Shown here: positions 18,833 through 30,300 of the stretch, piece by piece
Numbering within the stretch: the stretch's first letter is position 1
Layout of the letters: the number at the start of each line of letters is the position of its first letter
Assembly: GCA_052055015.1 (NCBI GenBank)
Contig: JBQJIT010000029.1
Direction: 5' to 3' (one strand)
Source of the DNA: Malassezia furfur
Lineage: Eukaryota
Length of the DNA: 49,898 nt
Notes under the pieces: generated by a model
Seen by the model: the letters and a program-made list of their open reading frames with translations, nothing else
Databases searched by the model: none
Told to the model about the DNA's origin: nothing
Translations under genes and position numbers: made by a program

Positions 18833-21346
18833 ATGCGTCGGAGCGCGATCGCTGCGGTGCTGAGCGACCGCACGAATGAGCCCAAAGATGGTCAGGCACG
18901 CCAGCTTGCGAGTGGAGGTGGCTTCGGTCCGCTGCTAGGCCAGAAGCCGTTCAAGCCACCGACCGCGGCGCGGCGTGAAGGTGCGCTGGCCTCGTTGCGG
19001 AAACGCCCGCGCGTCAACTACGCGGGCATGGGTGACGACGACGAAAAAAAAACCGAGTCGTACCGAGAGCTCGAGGAGCCGCGGAAGAAGAGCTCGCTTG
19101 AGGGCGTGTACAAAGGCATTGACGCCTCCGGCGTGTCGCTCAATGCCGACCGACGCAAATGGGCTGTGTATCAGCCAAAACCCGACGCGCTCGGGCGTCG
19201 GTTCCTGGTGCCCACAATGCACAACCAGCGTGGCGAGACAATCGAGACGCGTATGAGCTATGCGGCGCTTGGCGTGCGCCGTCCCGTCGAAGTTCCGCCG
19301 CGGCCCTTGCATGACCCCATGGGCGAGCATGCGATTGTACTGTTTGATCCGACCATTGACGACAAGGAGCTCGAACGCGAGAAGGAACGCTTGCACCTGG
19401 CACAGCAGGAGCACGAACGGCAGCTCGAGCGCGCGTCGCACGGGCCGCACAAGCGGCTCGCATCAATCCTGGGTATCGACAAGCCCAAAGTCCAGCTCGA
19501 GGAGAAGGTACCTGTCGTGATCGACCCGCGTCTCGCCAAAATTCTCCGGCCGCATCAGGTCGAAGGTGTCAAATTCTTGTACCGATGCACCACCGGCATG
19601 GTGCAAGAGAATGCGCACGGGTGTATCATGGCCGACGAAATGGGCCTCGGCAAGACGCTGCAGTGCATTACGCTCATGTGGACATTGCTGCGACAGTCGC
19701 CGCGGGCCGGCAAGAGCACAATCCAAAAGTGCATTATTGTGTGTCCCTCAAGTTTGGTGCGCAACTGGGCGAACGAACTGGGTATGTTTGTATACTTACG
19801 CAGTGAAATGGCTGGGCAACGCTGCTCCAGGAACACTCGCACTCGACGGCAAGCTGAGCCGCGAGCAGATGTTTGAGACGGTGCAGCGCTGGTGCGAGAG
19901 TAGTGGACGCTCCATCTCGCACCCGGTCATGATTGTATCCTACGAGACGCTGCGCAATCTCCAGGAGCTGCTGGGTAATACCGAAGTTGGCCTCCTGCTC
20001 TGCGACGAGGGCCACCGCTTGAAGAATGCCGACTCTCTCACATTCCAGTCGCTCGACATGATCAAGGTGAAGCGCCGCGTGATTCTGTCCGGCACACCGA
20101 TCCAGAACGACCTGTCGGAGTACTTTTCGCTGATTAACTTCGCCATTCCCGATGTGCTCGGTAGCCGCGCCGAATTCCGCAAGCAATTTGAGCTGCACAT
20201 TCTGCGCGGGCGTGACGCGGACGCCACAGAACAGCAGCAGCAGCTTGGCCGCGAAAAGCTGCAGGAGCTCTCGGGGCTCGTAAGCCAGTTTATTATCCGG
20301 CGCACCAACGATATCCTGTCCAAGTACCTCCCGGTGAAGTACGAGCATGTGGTGTTCTGCAACTTGTCGCCCTTCCAGCTGTCGCTATACGACCTGTTTG
20401 TCAAGTCGCCCGCGATCAAGAAACTGTTGCGCGGTGTGGGATCACAGCCGCTCAAAGCGATCGGCATTCTCAAGAAGCTGTGCAACCACCCTGATCTGCT
20501 CGACCTGCCCGACGACCTAGAGGGTAGCGAGGAGCTCTTCCCAGAGGATTACAAGCCGCGCGATCGCCGCCACGTCGCTGTGCAGCTGTCGGGCAAGATG
20601 GCAGTGCTCGAGCGTTTCCTTACCACCATCCGCACGACAACCGACGACAAGATTGTGTTGATCAGCAACTATACCCAAACCCTCGACCTGTTTGAGCGTC
20701 TGTGCCGCACGAAGCGCTGGGGCTGCTTCCGTCTGGATGGCACGATGAATATCGGCAAACGCCAGCGACTCGTCGACCGCTTCAACGACCCAACATCCCC
20801 CGAGTTTGTGTTCCTGCTCAGCTCCAAGGCCGGCGGCTGCGGTCTTAACCTGATCGGCGCGAACCGCCTCGTGCTTTTTGACCCGGACTGGAATCCGGCA
20901 TCCGACCAGCAGGCCCTGGCACGCGTGTGGCGCGACGGACAGAAGAAGTCGTGCTTTGTCTACCGCTTCATTGCGACGGGCTCCATTGAGGAGAAGATTC
21001 TGCAGCGCCAGTCACACAAGCAGTCGCTCTCGTCGTGCGTCGTTGATGAGGCTTTGGACGCCGAGCGCCACTTTTCTGGTGAAGACCTGCGCGCCTTGTT
21101 CCAGTTCAAGAGCCAGACGCCCTGCGACACGCACGACACCTACAAGTGCCGCCGGTGTCGCGATGGGAAACAGCTCACCCCGGCGCCCGCGATGCTCTAT
21201 GGCGATACCAGCACGTACGTACGCCCCACTCACCCAGATGGAACCATTATACGCACGAGCACCTTGGTGAGCTGCACGACGACCTTCTGCGCGCCGAAAT
21301 TGTGCACCCCGACGTGTCGTACGTCTTCCAGTATTGTAGCCACTAG
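18833..21346 (+). CDS. RAD54: SNF2-family DNA translocase Rad54; 3 exons
   Basis: PPRPLHDP, LRPHQVEG, ADEMGLGKT, DEGHRLKN, SGTPIQND and QALARVWRDGQ. Introns at 19782-19803 (22 nt) and 21215-21237 (23 nt) give 822 aa. Confidence 0.95.
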
Positions 21347-21398
21347 ATGAAATCGGGCCCGATCGCTTCACCCGCGCCGTCCGCACGCATCCCCAGGC

Positions 21399-22884
21399 AT
21401 GAGCGATGCGGAGCTGCCGATCGAGACGTTCCTCAAAGCGCAGCCGCGCACGGTACTGAATCGCTTGTACGAGAAGCCAGCGAGCTGTTTGGCCGTGTTC
21501 CGGTAGGTTTTGTTTGCCCTCTCACACAGTCTCTTGCCAATGGTCGCGCGTCAGATCATTCTCAACATACTATTCCTCGACGGGCCACTGACCATCGAAG
21601 ACTGTCTCAAGTTCTTCCAGAAGCGCAACACAACGTGCGTATTAGGCTAACGCAGCGAACACGAAATCCCGCTCGAGCGCATGGAAGGGTTGTCGATCGT
21701 CAAGCTCCGTGCCGACAAGCTCCATCTGAACGACATCTTTCGCAAGGGCATCGTCGGCGCATTGAATGGGAGGTACGCGTGCACGGCTCACGCAGCGGCG
21801 ACTATCACTCTTTCGGCACGCCGTGCAGTGGAAAAGAACACGAAAAGGTCGGCATCGAGTTCCTTGACTCGTACGCTAGGACCCAGTGGGAGACGATCCT
21901 CTACTTCATGGTCGGCAGCGAGCAGTCCACGCCGCCACGTAACACAGTACTTTTTCTCCTGCAGCGCGCTGGACTAATGCAACGCGATGCAAACGATGCA
22001 CGGCAACTCAACATTACGTCTGCAGGCTTCCAGTTTCTACTCCAGGATGTCAACTCACAGCTTTGGGCGCTTTTGTTACAATACCTGCGCATGGCCGAAG
22101 AGCGTAACATGGATCTGGTTGAGGTGCTCGCCTTCTTTTTTACAGTTGGTGGTCTTGAATTCGGACGTGCCTACGAGACCCGTGGCTTCTCGCTGACCCA
22201 AATGCAGACGCTCGAAGAGCTGAGCGATTACGGACTCGTGTATCGGACGAGTAAATCCGCCAAGTACTTCTTCCCGACGCGCTTGGCGGCAACGCTGACC
22301 TCGACGGCCACCTCAGCACTGTCTACCCTCGATGACCAGGAGGAGCAGGGCTACCTCATTCTTGAGACAAACTATCGCGTTTATGCTTATACCTGTACGC
22401 ACTGTCGTCTGACTCAGCCAACCTGCTACGCATCGCGATTCTCAACCTCTTTGTCACACTCAAGGAGCGCCTGCCCAATCTCGTAGTGGGGCAACTGACG
22501 CGCGAGAGCGTCAAGTCGGCACTGAACAAAGGCATCACCGCCAACCAAGTCATCGCCTACCTCACCCATCACGCCCATCCCCAAATGCACAAAAACGTAT
22601 GTCTTCCGCTCACGCAGGACCCGCTGCTCCCTGCGACTGTTTCGGACCAAATTCGGCTCTGGGAGCGCGAAAAGAATCGCGTTGCCACCTGCGTTGGTAC
22701 GCCGCCCACTGACCCAGGCAACCTGTATACCGAGTTCACCTCCATCCACGACTACGAGCAAGTGCGCGACTATGCCAAGAGCCTCGGGGTGCTGCAGTGG
22801 GAAAGCGAGGCAAAACGCATGCTCTTCGTTACCTCTGAGGGGCACGAAAGCGTGCGCGAGTTTATTCAACGACGGAGGGTATAA
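21399..22884 (+). CDS. TFB2: TFIIH core subunit Tfb2/p52; 7 exons
   Basis: LYEKPASCLAVFR, QWETILYFMV, ITSAGFQFLL, FFPTRLA, ILETNYRVYAYT and DQIRLWERE. Introns at 21503-21529, 21635-21655, 21773-21795, 22395-22417, 22597-22617 and 22697-22717 (27, 21, 23, 23, 21, 21 nt) give 449 aa. Confidence 0.92.
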
Positions 22885-22925
22885 GCCTACACAGGCTACG
22901 AGAATCCAACAGATTTATACATAGG

Positions 22926-24883
22926 TTAGGCAGGAGGGAACCCACGGCCGGGGATGACCTTAACAGACCGGTATGAGTGTGGCTGGATCAACGGGCTTCC
23001 GTTCATCCGCCACTCTCGTCCGGCACCACCGCTCCCAAAGCGCCATGTTTGTTCGCGGCCCAATAAGGCGAGGGCCGTCTCAAAGAACCACTCCTCCTTC
23101 TTGCAGTAATGGACAACGATAGTGCCTCCCACTTTGTGGTCGCGATAACGCTGATTCGCCAGCGCATCATTAAACGGTGCATATGTAGCGCCATATGGGT
23201 TCGCCGTCGGAACATACGACGGGTGTCTTGGAGAAGCCATCTCCAGCGAGCAGTTGGGATACAAGGCAAGCCCACTTTTGCCCAGTACCTCGACCGCCTC
23301 CTTTGGCCGGGACATGGCACCACTTGCGGGATATAGACGCGGGTCGTCGGCTGCAAACACCATGGTGTCGTGTGAGAACATCCGTTGGGTGTCTTCGTCA
23401 TCATCTTGGCGATACCAAGTGGATACCCAGCGTCCTCCGCCCTCCACGAGTGCCTCGACGGTCTCCTCCGCTGAGAGGTCGGGACGCGGCGGCTTGTAAG
23501 GCACCTTCCACTGGCTTGTCGTGGAGAAGGATTGCGCAGCATGTAGTCCGCCGCGGCGCTTCAGTTCTTCCGCACTGAGGCCGCGATGCATCTCGCCGCG
23601 AATTTCATCCACGTGATCCGGGAATAAGAAACCGTGCGCGTACGGTGTCCAACTGCGGGGGTGGTCGTAGATCCAGCAGTTCTCCGCGGCCCATTGCACG
23701 TCCTGTGCATGCGGGTGCATTTTGATCCACTTGGTCATTTTGGTGTCCTCTTTTCCGCCCCAGTCCTTGGCGATTTCCTTGGAGCTGGCAAGGTACTGCA
23801 CCAGGTCGTGCGAAAGTGCATAGGCTTCGCCTGCCATAAACTGGCCACGAACCAGGTCTGTCGTTAGTCGGATACCTCGCGTCTGTACATACAGCCCCAA
23901 TACAGCATCTTGCGCGGCAACGCGCGCAAGCGGTGCTCCAGTTCATCCAACACAATGAAGCTGTCGTCGTCCGCCTTGACGACGTAGTCGGCCAGCTTCC
24001 AGTGCACATCGTACTGACCTTCCAGCGTGGGCGCGCCAATAAGACCGCCCTTGGCACGCGGGACCAGAACTGGCACGGTGCCGTTCTCAGCGGCCCATTG
24101 GAAGAAAGTATAGGTTTTGTGGCTGTTGCCCGTCTCTTTAATGTCGAGAATGACCAAGTCATTGTACGTTTCCATCTCCATCGCGACACGATGCGCGTAC
24201 TTCTTGCGTGGGCGACCCAATACAAACTTGACTTGCACATTGCCGAGCGGGCGGCCCGACTGGGGGTCGCGCGGCGCCGTCATTGTCGCGTACGTCTGAC
24301 GGATAGTCTGGCGTCGTTCAAACGCCTGGTCGTAGCTCATCACACCAACAAGTACATCCACGGGTGCCAAGTGGTCAATGTCGGCATACGAAAACGGCCG
24401 CTGCTCTGCACAGACGGTGCGCCAGGGCATGCGCTCCTTGTCCGGATCCAGAATGTACTTGATGGTAAGCCCGGTGAAGACGCCAAAGGCAAGCACACCT
24501 AGGATACCAAAGAAGGAAAGAATAGGTCGGTTCTGGATGTAATAGAGCAGGTTGCGCATCCAAATAGAAAAGTACACCATCGCACGGTGCCGACGCGTGC
24601 GGTGTTGTCCATCGTGCGGGTGTGATCGCATTTTGGACATTGATCGGAACGTGCGCGCTTCAAAAGTGTCTTCCTCGGGAATTTGCTCATCCACGTACGG
24701 AATGTCAGTCGGGTGTGTAGCGGGATTGTATTGAGGAAGCCATGCGCCCGACTGGGGCATCAATGGCTGTTGAGAAGGGTCCATGTCTTTTTTTTGTAAC
24801 GAAGAGCGTCGCGCCAGCGAAACACCGAGCCGCGAATTCGCTCTCCTGTAACGCTCCTGCGCGGCGGGGCCAGAAGGTGCCAT
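22926..24883 (-). CDS. GT31-family beta-1,3-glycosyltransferase, type II membrane protein; 2 exons
   Basis: A single TM helix, then RRQTIRQT, FVLG, YVVKADDDSF (DxD), YWG|YLV, FMAGEAYALS and KEDT. 35-nt intron at 23858-23892. The start could be the ATG at 24784. Confidence 0.85.
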
Positions 24884-25258
24884 GTTTGCGTGCTTTTAAT
24901 TCTTGCGCAAATAGCCTTCTCAACTAGCTCAGCATAGCCGCGTGCACTTTGGCTGCACGTAATAAGAGGAGCAATGCACGCGCGCCAAACTCCACGTGGT
25001 GCGCGAGACTCAGACGGCGCACTACTCCAGCACCGAGCACACAGGGCCGCGGCCGCGAGGGTATCACGTGAACAGCAACTGCGCTGCCCTGATCGGCGCT
25101 TGTTCTCTGCACTGCGCAATGAGGCGGTGGGGCGGGCGCTTACCTAATTTGGAGTTCAACCGAGCAGTGCCCGCAGGACCCGTAGACTGTCCGTGCGCTG
25201 GCGGGAGCAGGCTGCATATGGCCGTGTGCTACTTTCCTACAACCAACACCGCTACATC

Positions 25259-25909
25259 ATGGAGAACTTTGTGAACATGGGCAGGGAGTTCCTGCAGAAC
25301 CAGGGCCAGAATGGTCAGCAGAATGGCCAGGGAAATGGCAATGGAGGTGGCTTCAACATCCAGAACCTCCTTGGGAACAATTCGCAGCCTCAACAGGGCC
25401 AAGACAACAACGGCAACAGCGGCGGCTCGCTGAACCTGCAAAGCATCATTGGCCACGCCACGCAGCACGACCAGCAGCAGGGTGGCAATGGCGGCAGTAA
25501 GCAGGATCTCTTTGGCAAAGTCGCTAACATGCTGCAGCAGAAACAAAGTAATGGCCAGATCAACGACAACGTCAATGAGAGTCAGCTCATAAGCGCTTTC
25601 CACAAGGTTACGGGCGGATCCAGTGCAAGTGACCAAGAGATTGGCGAGGCCGCTGCCGTGAATGCGATCAAGTCCCACTTCAGCGGTGGCGGCCAGCAGA
25701 GCCAGGGTGGCATTGACTCCCTGATTGGGAAGGCCATGGCGTCTGCTGGGTCGCTGGCTTCCAAGCAGGGCGGAAGTGAGCAGAATGCGATGAACCATGC
25801 GAGCGAGACGGTGATGAAGCTCGTGATGAAGCACAAGTTGAAGAGCATGTTTGGCATGGGTGGTTACGATATGAACGATGCGTCTCAGCTGATGGGTCTT
25901 CGTTCGTAA
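25259..25909 (+). CDS. Gly/Gln/Asn-rich protein resembling the basidiomycete beta-flanking protein
   Basis: Low-complexity Q/N/G N-terminal half. The C-terminal helices EIGEAAAVNAIK...LIGKAMASA...QNAMNHASETVMKLVM match the beta-flanking family pattern as I recall it; no search was run. Confidence 0.65.
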   Translation: MENFVNMGREFLQNQGQNGQQNGQGNGNGGGFNIQNLLGNNSQPQQGQDNNGNSGGSLNLQSIIGHATQHDQQQGGNGGSKQDLFGKVANMLQQKQSNGQINDNVNESQLISAFHKVTGGSSASDQEIGEAAAVNAIKSHFSGGGQQSQGGIDSLIGKAMASAGSLASKQGGSEQNAMNHASETVMKLVMKHKLKSMFGMGGYDMNDASQLMGLRS

Positions 25910-25946
25910 AATGTTCATAGAATTGCAAGAACCATAATACCATAGC

Positions 25947-27158
25947 CTATGTGGCCCGTCGCGAGTACCCAGGTGGCGTGTTTTGCGCCGCAGGTCGCAG
26001 TGAGGGCGGGGGTTGCACCTGCGTACCCGGTTGCATGTATGCAGGCAGGGGCGGCACCTGCTGATACGATTGCATGGGTACACCCTGCATGGTCTGCGTG
26101 GGATGGCTGCCTTGAGTGACACTGGGAATGCGTTGCGGGGGAGGGGGCACGGGACTGGCCTGTGCAGAGGATGAGCTGTTGTGGCGCGGGGGAGGAGGAG
26201 GTACGTTGGGACCCGGCGGGGGCGGAAGTGGGCCATCGCGCGGCGGAGCTGGTGGCAGTGCGCGGTTAGCTTCCATCAGGGCGGCAGCGTCAAACTGGCC
26301 AGATGTCGCAACGATGGTACTGGTGAGCACCAAGCCGGGCCAAGGAGTGAAGGTGGTGGTGACGGCCCCCGTCTGTGCCAACGCATCGGACCTGGCCGCG
26401 TCGGTGGTGCTTTCTGAGGGAAGAGCCACGACGCTGGCAGTGGAAGGGTTGTCGGGCGCGAGCGAAATGGACTCGCTGCCACTCAAGTTCGCCGAGGAGG
26501 GCTTGTTGGATAAGCTCATCGCCGCTAGGGCTGAGTCAGTATCGTCGGCGACCGATCCGGTACGGCTGCGAGCAAACTGTTCGCGCTCGCGCTCGAGCTC
26601 GTTCTTGAGCGCCCTCTTCTCCTCGCGTTCAGCGCGGCGCATTTCCGCCTCCTGGTCGCGCTTCTTGTTCCATTTCTCCCAGCTCTGCCCGGCGTTCTGC
26701 ACACCCGATACAAGGCCCGTCGAAGCGATCTTGGCCGAAGATGTAGTAAAGTTTTGCACTGCACGCTGGCGCGCCGGGTCTGTGATGGCTTTAGCGATGC
26801 GTTCCTGCGACATGGACACGATTTGCACGATCGACGCGCGCTGGGTGCTGCTTAGCAGCGGTCCAGCGGCAACCGAGAGGGCAGCGTCGACGAGAGTCGG
26901 AAGCACATCTGAGTTGGCCAACACTTCGCGCGTCCACTTGTTCTTCGCTGAAAGTTTCTCCTTCTCGGTGGTTGCGACTGCACGTTCCGCATGGGCGGGC
27001 GGCTCTCGAGGGCGGATCGTTGCAGTACTCAGGAGCGACTCTAGCTGGCGGCACAGGATGGAGTCGAGCGCTCCCGAGGCGGCGAGCTGCTCGACATTTT
27101 GGCGCGTTTGGCGAAGCAAAAATTCCTCGTGGGACAGCGGCGCGGAGTTTGGCGGCAT
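25947..27158 (-). CDS. Hypothetical protein with a coiled coil and a Pro-rich C-terminus
   Basis: 403-aa ATG ORF with a charged helical centre (KKRDQEAEMRRAEREEKRALK) and PPPP tracts. No confident domain. Confidence 0.65.
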   Translation of the reverse strand: MPPNSAPLSHEEFLLRQTRQNVEQLAASGALDSILCRQLESLLSTATIRPREPPAHAERAVATTEKEKLSAKNKWTREVLANSDVLPTLVDAALSVAAGPLLSSTQRASIVQIVSMSQERIAKAITDPARQRAVQNFTTSSAKIASTGLVSGVQNAGQSWEKWNKKRDQEAEMRRAEREEKRALKNELEREREQFARSRTGSVADDTDSALAAMSLSNKPSSANLSGSESISLAPDNPSTASVVALPSESTTDAARSDALAQTGAVTTTFTPWPGLVLTSTIVATSGQFDAAALMEANRALPPAPPRDGPLPPPPGPNVPPPPPRHNSSSSAQASPVPPPPQRIPSVTQGSHPTQTMQGVPMQSYQQVPPLPAYMQPGTQVQPPPSLRPAAQNTPPGYSRRAT

Positions 27159-27345
27159 CGCAGCGGGGTCCAAACCTGACAGGTGCACGGATCGTGTTGC
27201 TCGTCTCGGCCGAGACGCGGTCTGCGCCGGGCCTGGTGTTGATCACGAATTGTCCGCGGAGCTTGGCCTCCGCGCACCGAGTCGACCAGTTTCGCTTCCG
27301 CCCGCATTATCTGCTGGGCGACATTCACGCGCACAGATCCTGGCC

Positions 27346-30300
27346 ATGAATGATGCGCCAACGCCAACAGGCGTGCAGCGCGCCAAGGGGATGCTGTCTC
27401 GTGCGTGGAGCACGGTGAAGAAGCTGGAGCTCGACCCGGAAAGGGCGTTCCGTGCGAAGCGCCCGCCGCCGGCGTCGCGCACCGTGACGGTTAACATACC
27501 ATTGCCTGCCGAAGCATATGACAACAAAGGGCGCATACGCAAGAGCTGGGTATTTGTGTCAAACCAGGTCAAGTCGTCCAAGTACACACTGTACAACTTT
27601 GTGTTTAAAAACTTGCTCGAGCAGTTCCGCCGTGTGGCCAACATCTTCTTCTTGGGTAGGTCGGCGCATACTTACGCCAGTCCTCGTTATTCTCCAGTTC
27701 TTCCCCGAGTTCACGACGATCAGCCCCGGTGTCGCCATGCTCCCTCTATTGATTGTGTTGGCGATTACCATGATCAAGGACGGGTACGAAGATATCAAGC
27801 GGCACCAGTCCGACCGTTCCGTCAATCGTCAGCGCACACTTGTGCTGAGCGGTGGCGACTTCAAGAATTACAACAAGACGCAGCCCAAGTCGATGGGTCT
27901 GAACCTGTTCCTGTCTGCATTTACCAGCTTTTTTTCGTTGCGCCGCTGGGGCCTAAGGAAGAAGCCTGAGGCAGTTTCTGCGGCAGAGGACCCACACACG
28001 CCGCACCACGGTGCGCCCGATGCGCCGCGCATGGCGTCACCTGTGCCGATGTCACCGACGATCATGTCGCCACTTGACGAGAACCACAGCGTGCACTTTG
28101 CGACCCCGATGCCTGATGCCAGTGCGGAGCTTGACCCGCACCAAGTGCACCCGCGCCCCAGTCTGCATCAGGAGCGCTCCGCGTCGGTGGATGTGCCGAA
28201 TCGACGCAACAGTGTGCTGAGCGAGCTGTCGCATCACCACGGCCCCATCCGCTGGCGCACGCGGCACTGGGAAGACTTGAATGTGGGTGACATTGTCAAG
28301 CTGCGCAACAACGACGAGGTGCCGGCGGACATTGTGGTGTGCTCCACCAGCGAGGACGACGGCAGCTGTTACGTTGAGACGCGCAACCTTGACGGAGAAA
28401 TCAACCTCAAGTCGCGGTATGCGGTGCCTGAGCTGCGCGAGATGAACACACCACAGGCATGTGCGACAGTGCCGTTTGAGATCGAGGTCGAGCCGCAAAA
28501 TACCGACATGTACCGCTTCAACGCGCGTGTCGAGTTGCACGATGAGCTGAACGACGAGGGCAAGTACCTCGAGTGCCCGGTGACGCTCAACCAGGTACTG
28601 CTGCGTGGATGTACTGTGCGCAACACCGACTGGGTGATTGGTGTCGTCGCCATGACCGGCTTGGATACCAAGATTGTGCTTAACTCGGGCGACACGCCGA
28701 GCAAGCGCAGCAAGATGGAGTACATTATGAACGAGATGGTGTACATCAATCTCGCGATTATTGCGGTGATTGCGGTTGTGTGCGCCATTGCCGACTCGCA
28801 ACTCGAGAAACATTACTTCAATGTCGGGGCCTATTGGGAGTTTGGCGCGGTGCACGGCGACGACAACCCGCGGATCAACGGGTTGATCTCATTTGCCAAC
28901 TCGCTCATTACCTTCCAGAACTTTGTGCCGATCGCGCTGTACATCTCGTTCGAAGTGGTGCGCACGATCCAGGCCATCTTTATCTTTGAGGACCACGACA
29001 TGTACTACGACAAGGCGTCGCGGCGCACCACGGCCAAATCGTGGAACTTGAGTGACGAGCTCGGCCAGATCCAGTACATTCTGAGCGACAAGACGGGCAC
29101 GCTCACGCAGAACCTCATGATCTTCCGCGAATGCTCCATCGCGGGCACCATCTACCAGGGCGATGCGCCCGAGAAGCAGGTCGACCCCGTGGACCCAGGA
29201 CCCCTGTCGGGGAACCGTCTGCGCGTGCGCCAGACGATCGCTGACGTGCCCATCTTCCGCAGCATGGCGCTGACCGATGCGCTGCAGGACCCCGGCAGCC
29301 GTGCCCACGCTGCCGCCGACGAGTTCTTCCACTGTCTGTCGCTGTGCCACACGGTGCACGTTGCCAAGACGGAGGAGAAGAACGTGATCATCTTCAAGGC
29401 CGAGTCGCCCGACGAGCAGGCGCTTGTGCAGACCGCGGCAGACAACGGCTACGTATACTGCGGCCGGCACCTCAACACCGTCGAGCTCCAAGTCCCGCTC
29501 AAGAAAACACGTGAGCGGTACGAGGTGCTGCACACGCTCGAGTTTTCGTCGGCGCGCAAGCGCATGAGTGTCATTCTGCGCCGCCTGTCGGACCAGCAGC
29601 TGATCATGTACACCAAGGGCGCTGACTCGATGATCTACTCGCGTCTTGCGCACGGTCAGGACGAAATGAAGAAGCGTGTCGACGCGGACCTTGAGGAGTT
29701 TGCCAACAAGGGCTTGCGCACGCTGTGTCTTGGCACGCGTACGATCGACCTGCATTACTACCGCACATGGGCGCATCGCTACCAGGAGGCGAGCGTCGCG
29801 ACGCAGCAGCGCGAGGAGCTCATGGAGGAGCTTGCAAGCGAGATCGAGTGCGACCTGCGCCTGATGGGCGCGACCGCCATCGAGGATCGCCTGCAGGACG
29901 GCGTGCCCGAGACCATCGCCGATCTGAAACGCGCGGGCATCAACATTTGGGTCGCCACGGGCGACAAACTCGAGACGGCCATCGCGATCGGGTACAGCAC
30001 CAAGCTGCTCGCCCAGGACATGAACCTGGTCATTGTGCGGGGCGGCGAATACGGCTCGTCCAACTCGGCGTACAGCCAGCTGGAGCGCGCCGTCGAACGC
30101 TTCTTTGGCGGGCCCGAGGCACTCGCCGACACCAAGTACAAGCCGCCGCCGCGCCCGGATCTGCACCGCGCCACGTCGCGCGCCTCACACGTGTCCAACG
30201 TGAGCCAGCTGTCGCTCGTCGGCGAGCAGAATGGCGAGCGGCCGGGCGGGTACGCACTGGTGATCGATGGCCACGCGCTCGGCTACGTGCTCGACGAACC

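Noticed and set aside
18812..22884. Apparent frameshifts suggesting RAD54 and TFB2 (also LCB1, MTR3, SPB4) are pseudogenes
   Set aside because: Every break coincides with a GT...CTNAY...AG micro-intron whose removal restores conserved residues and a length divisible by three.
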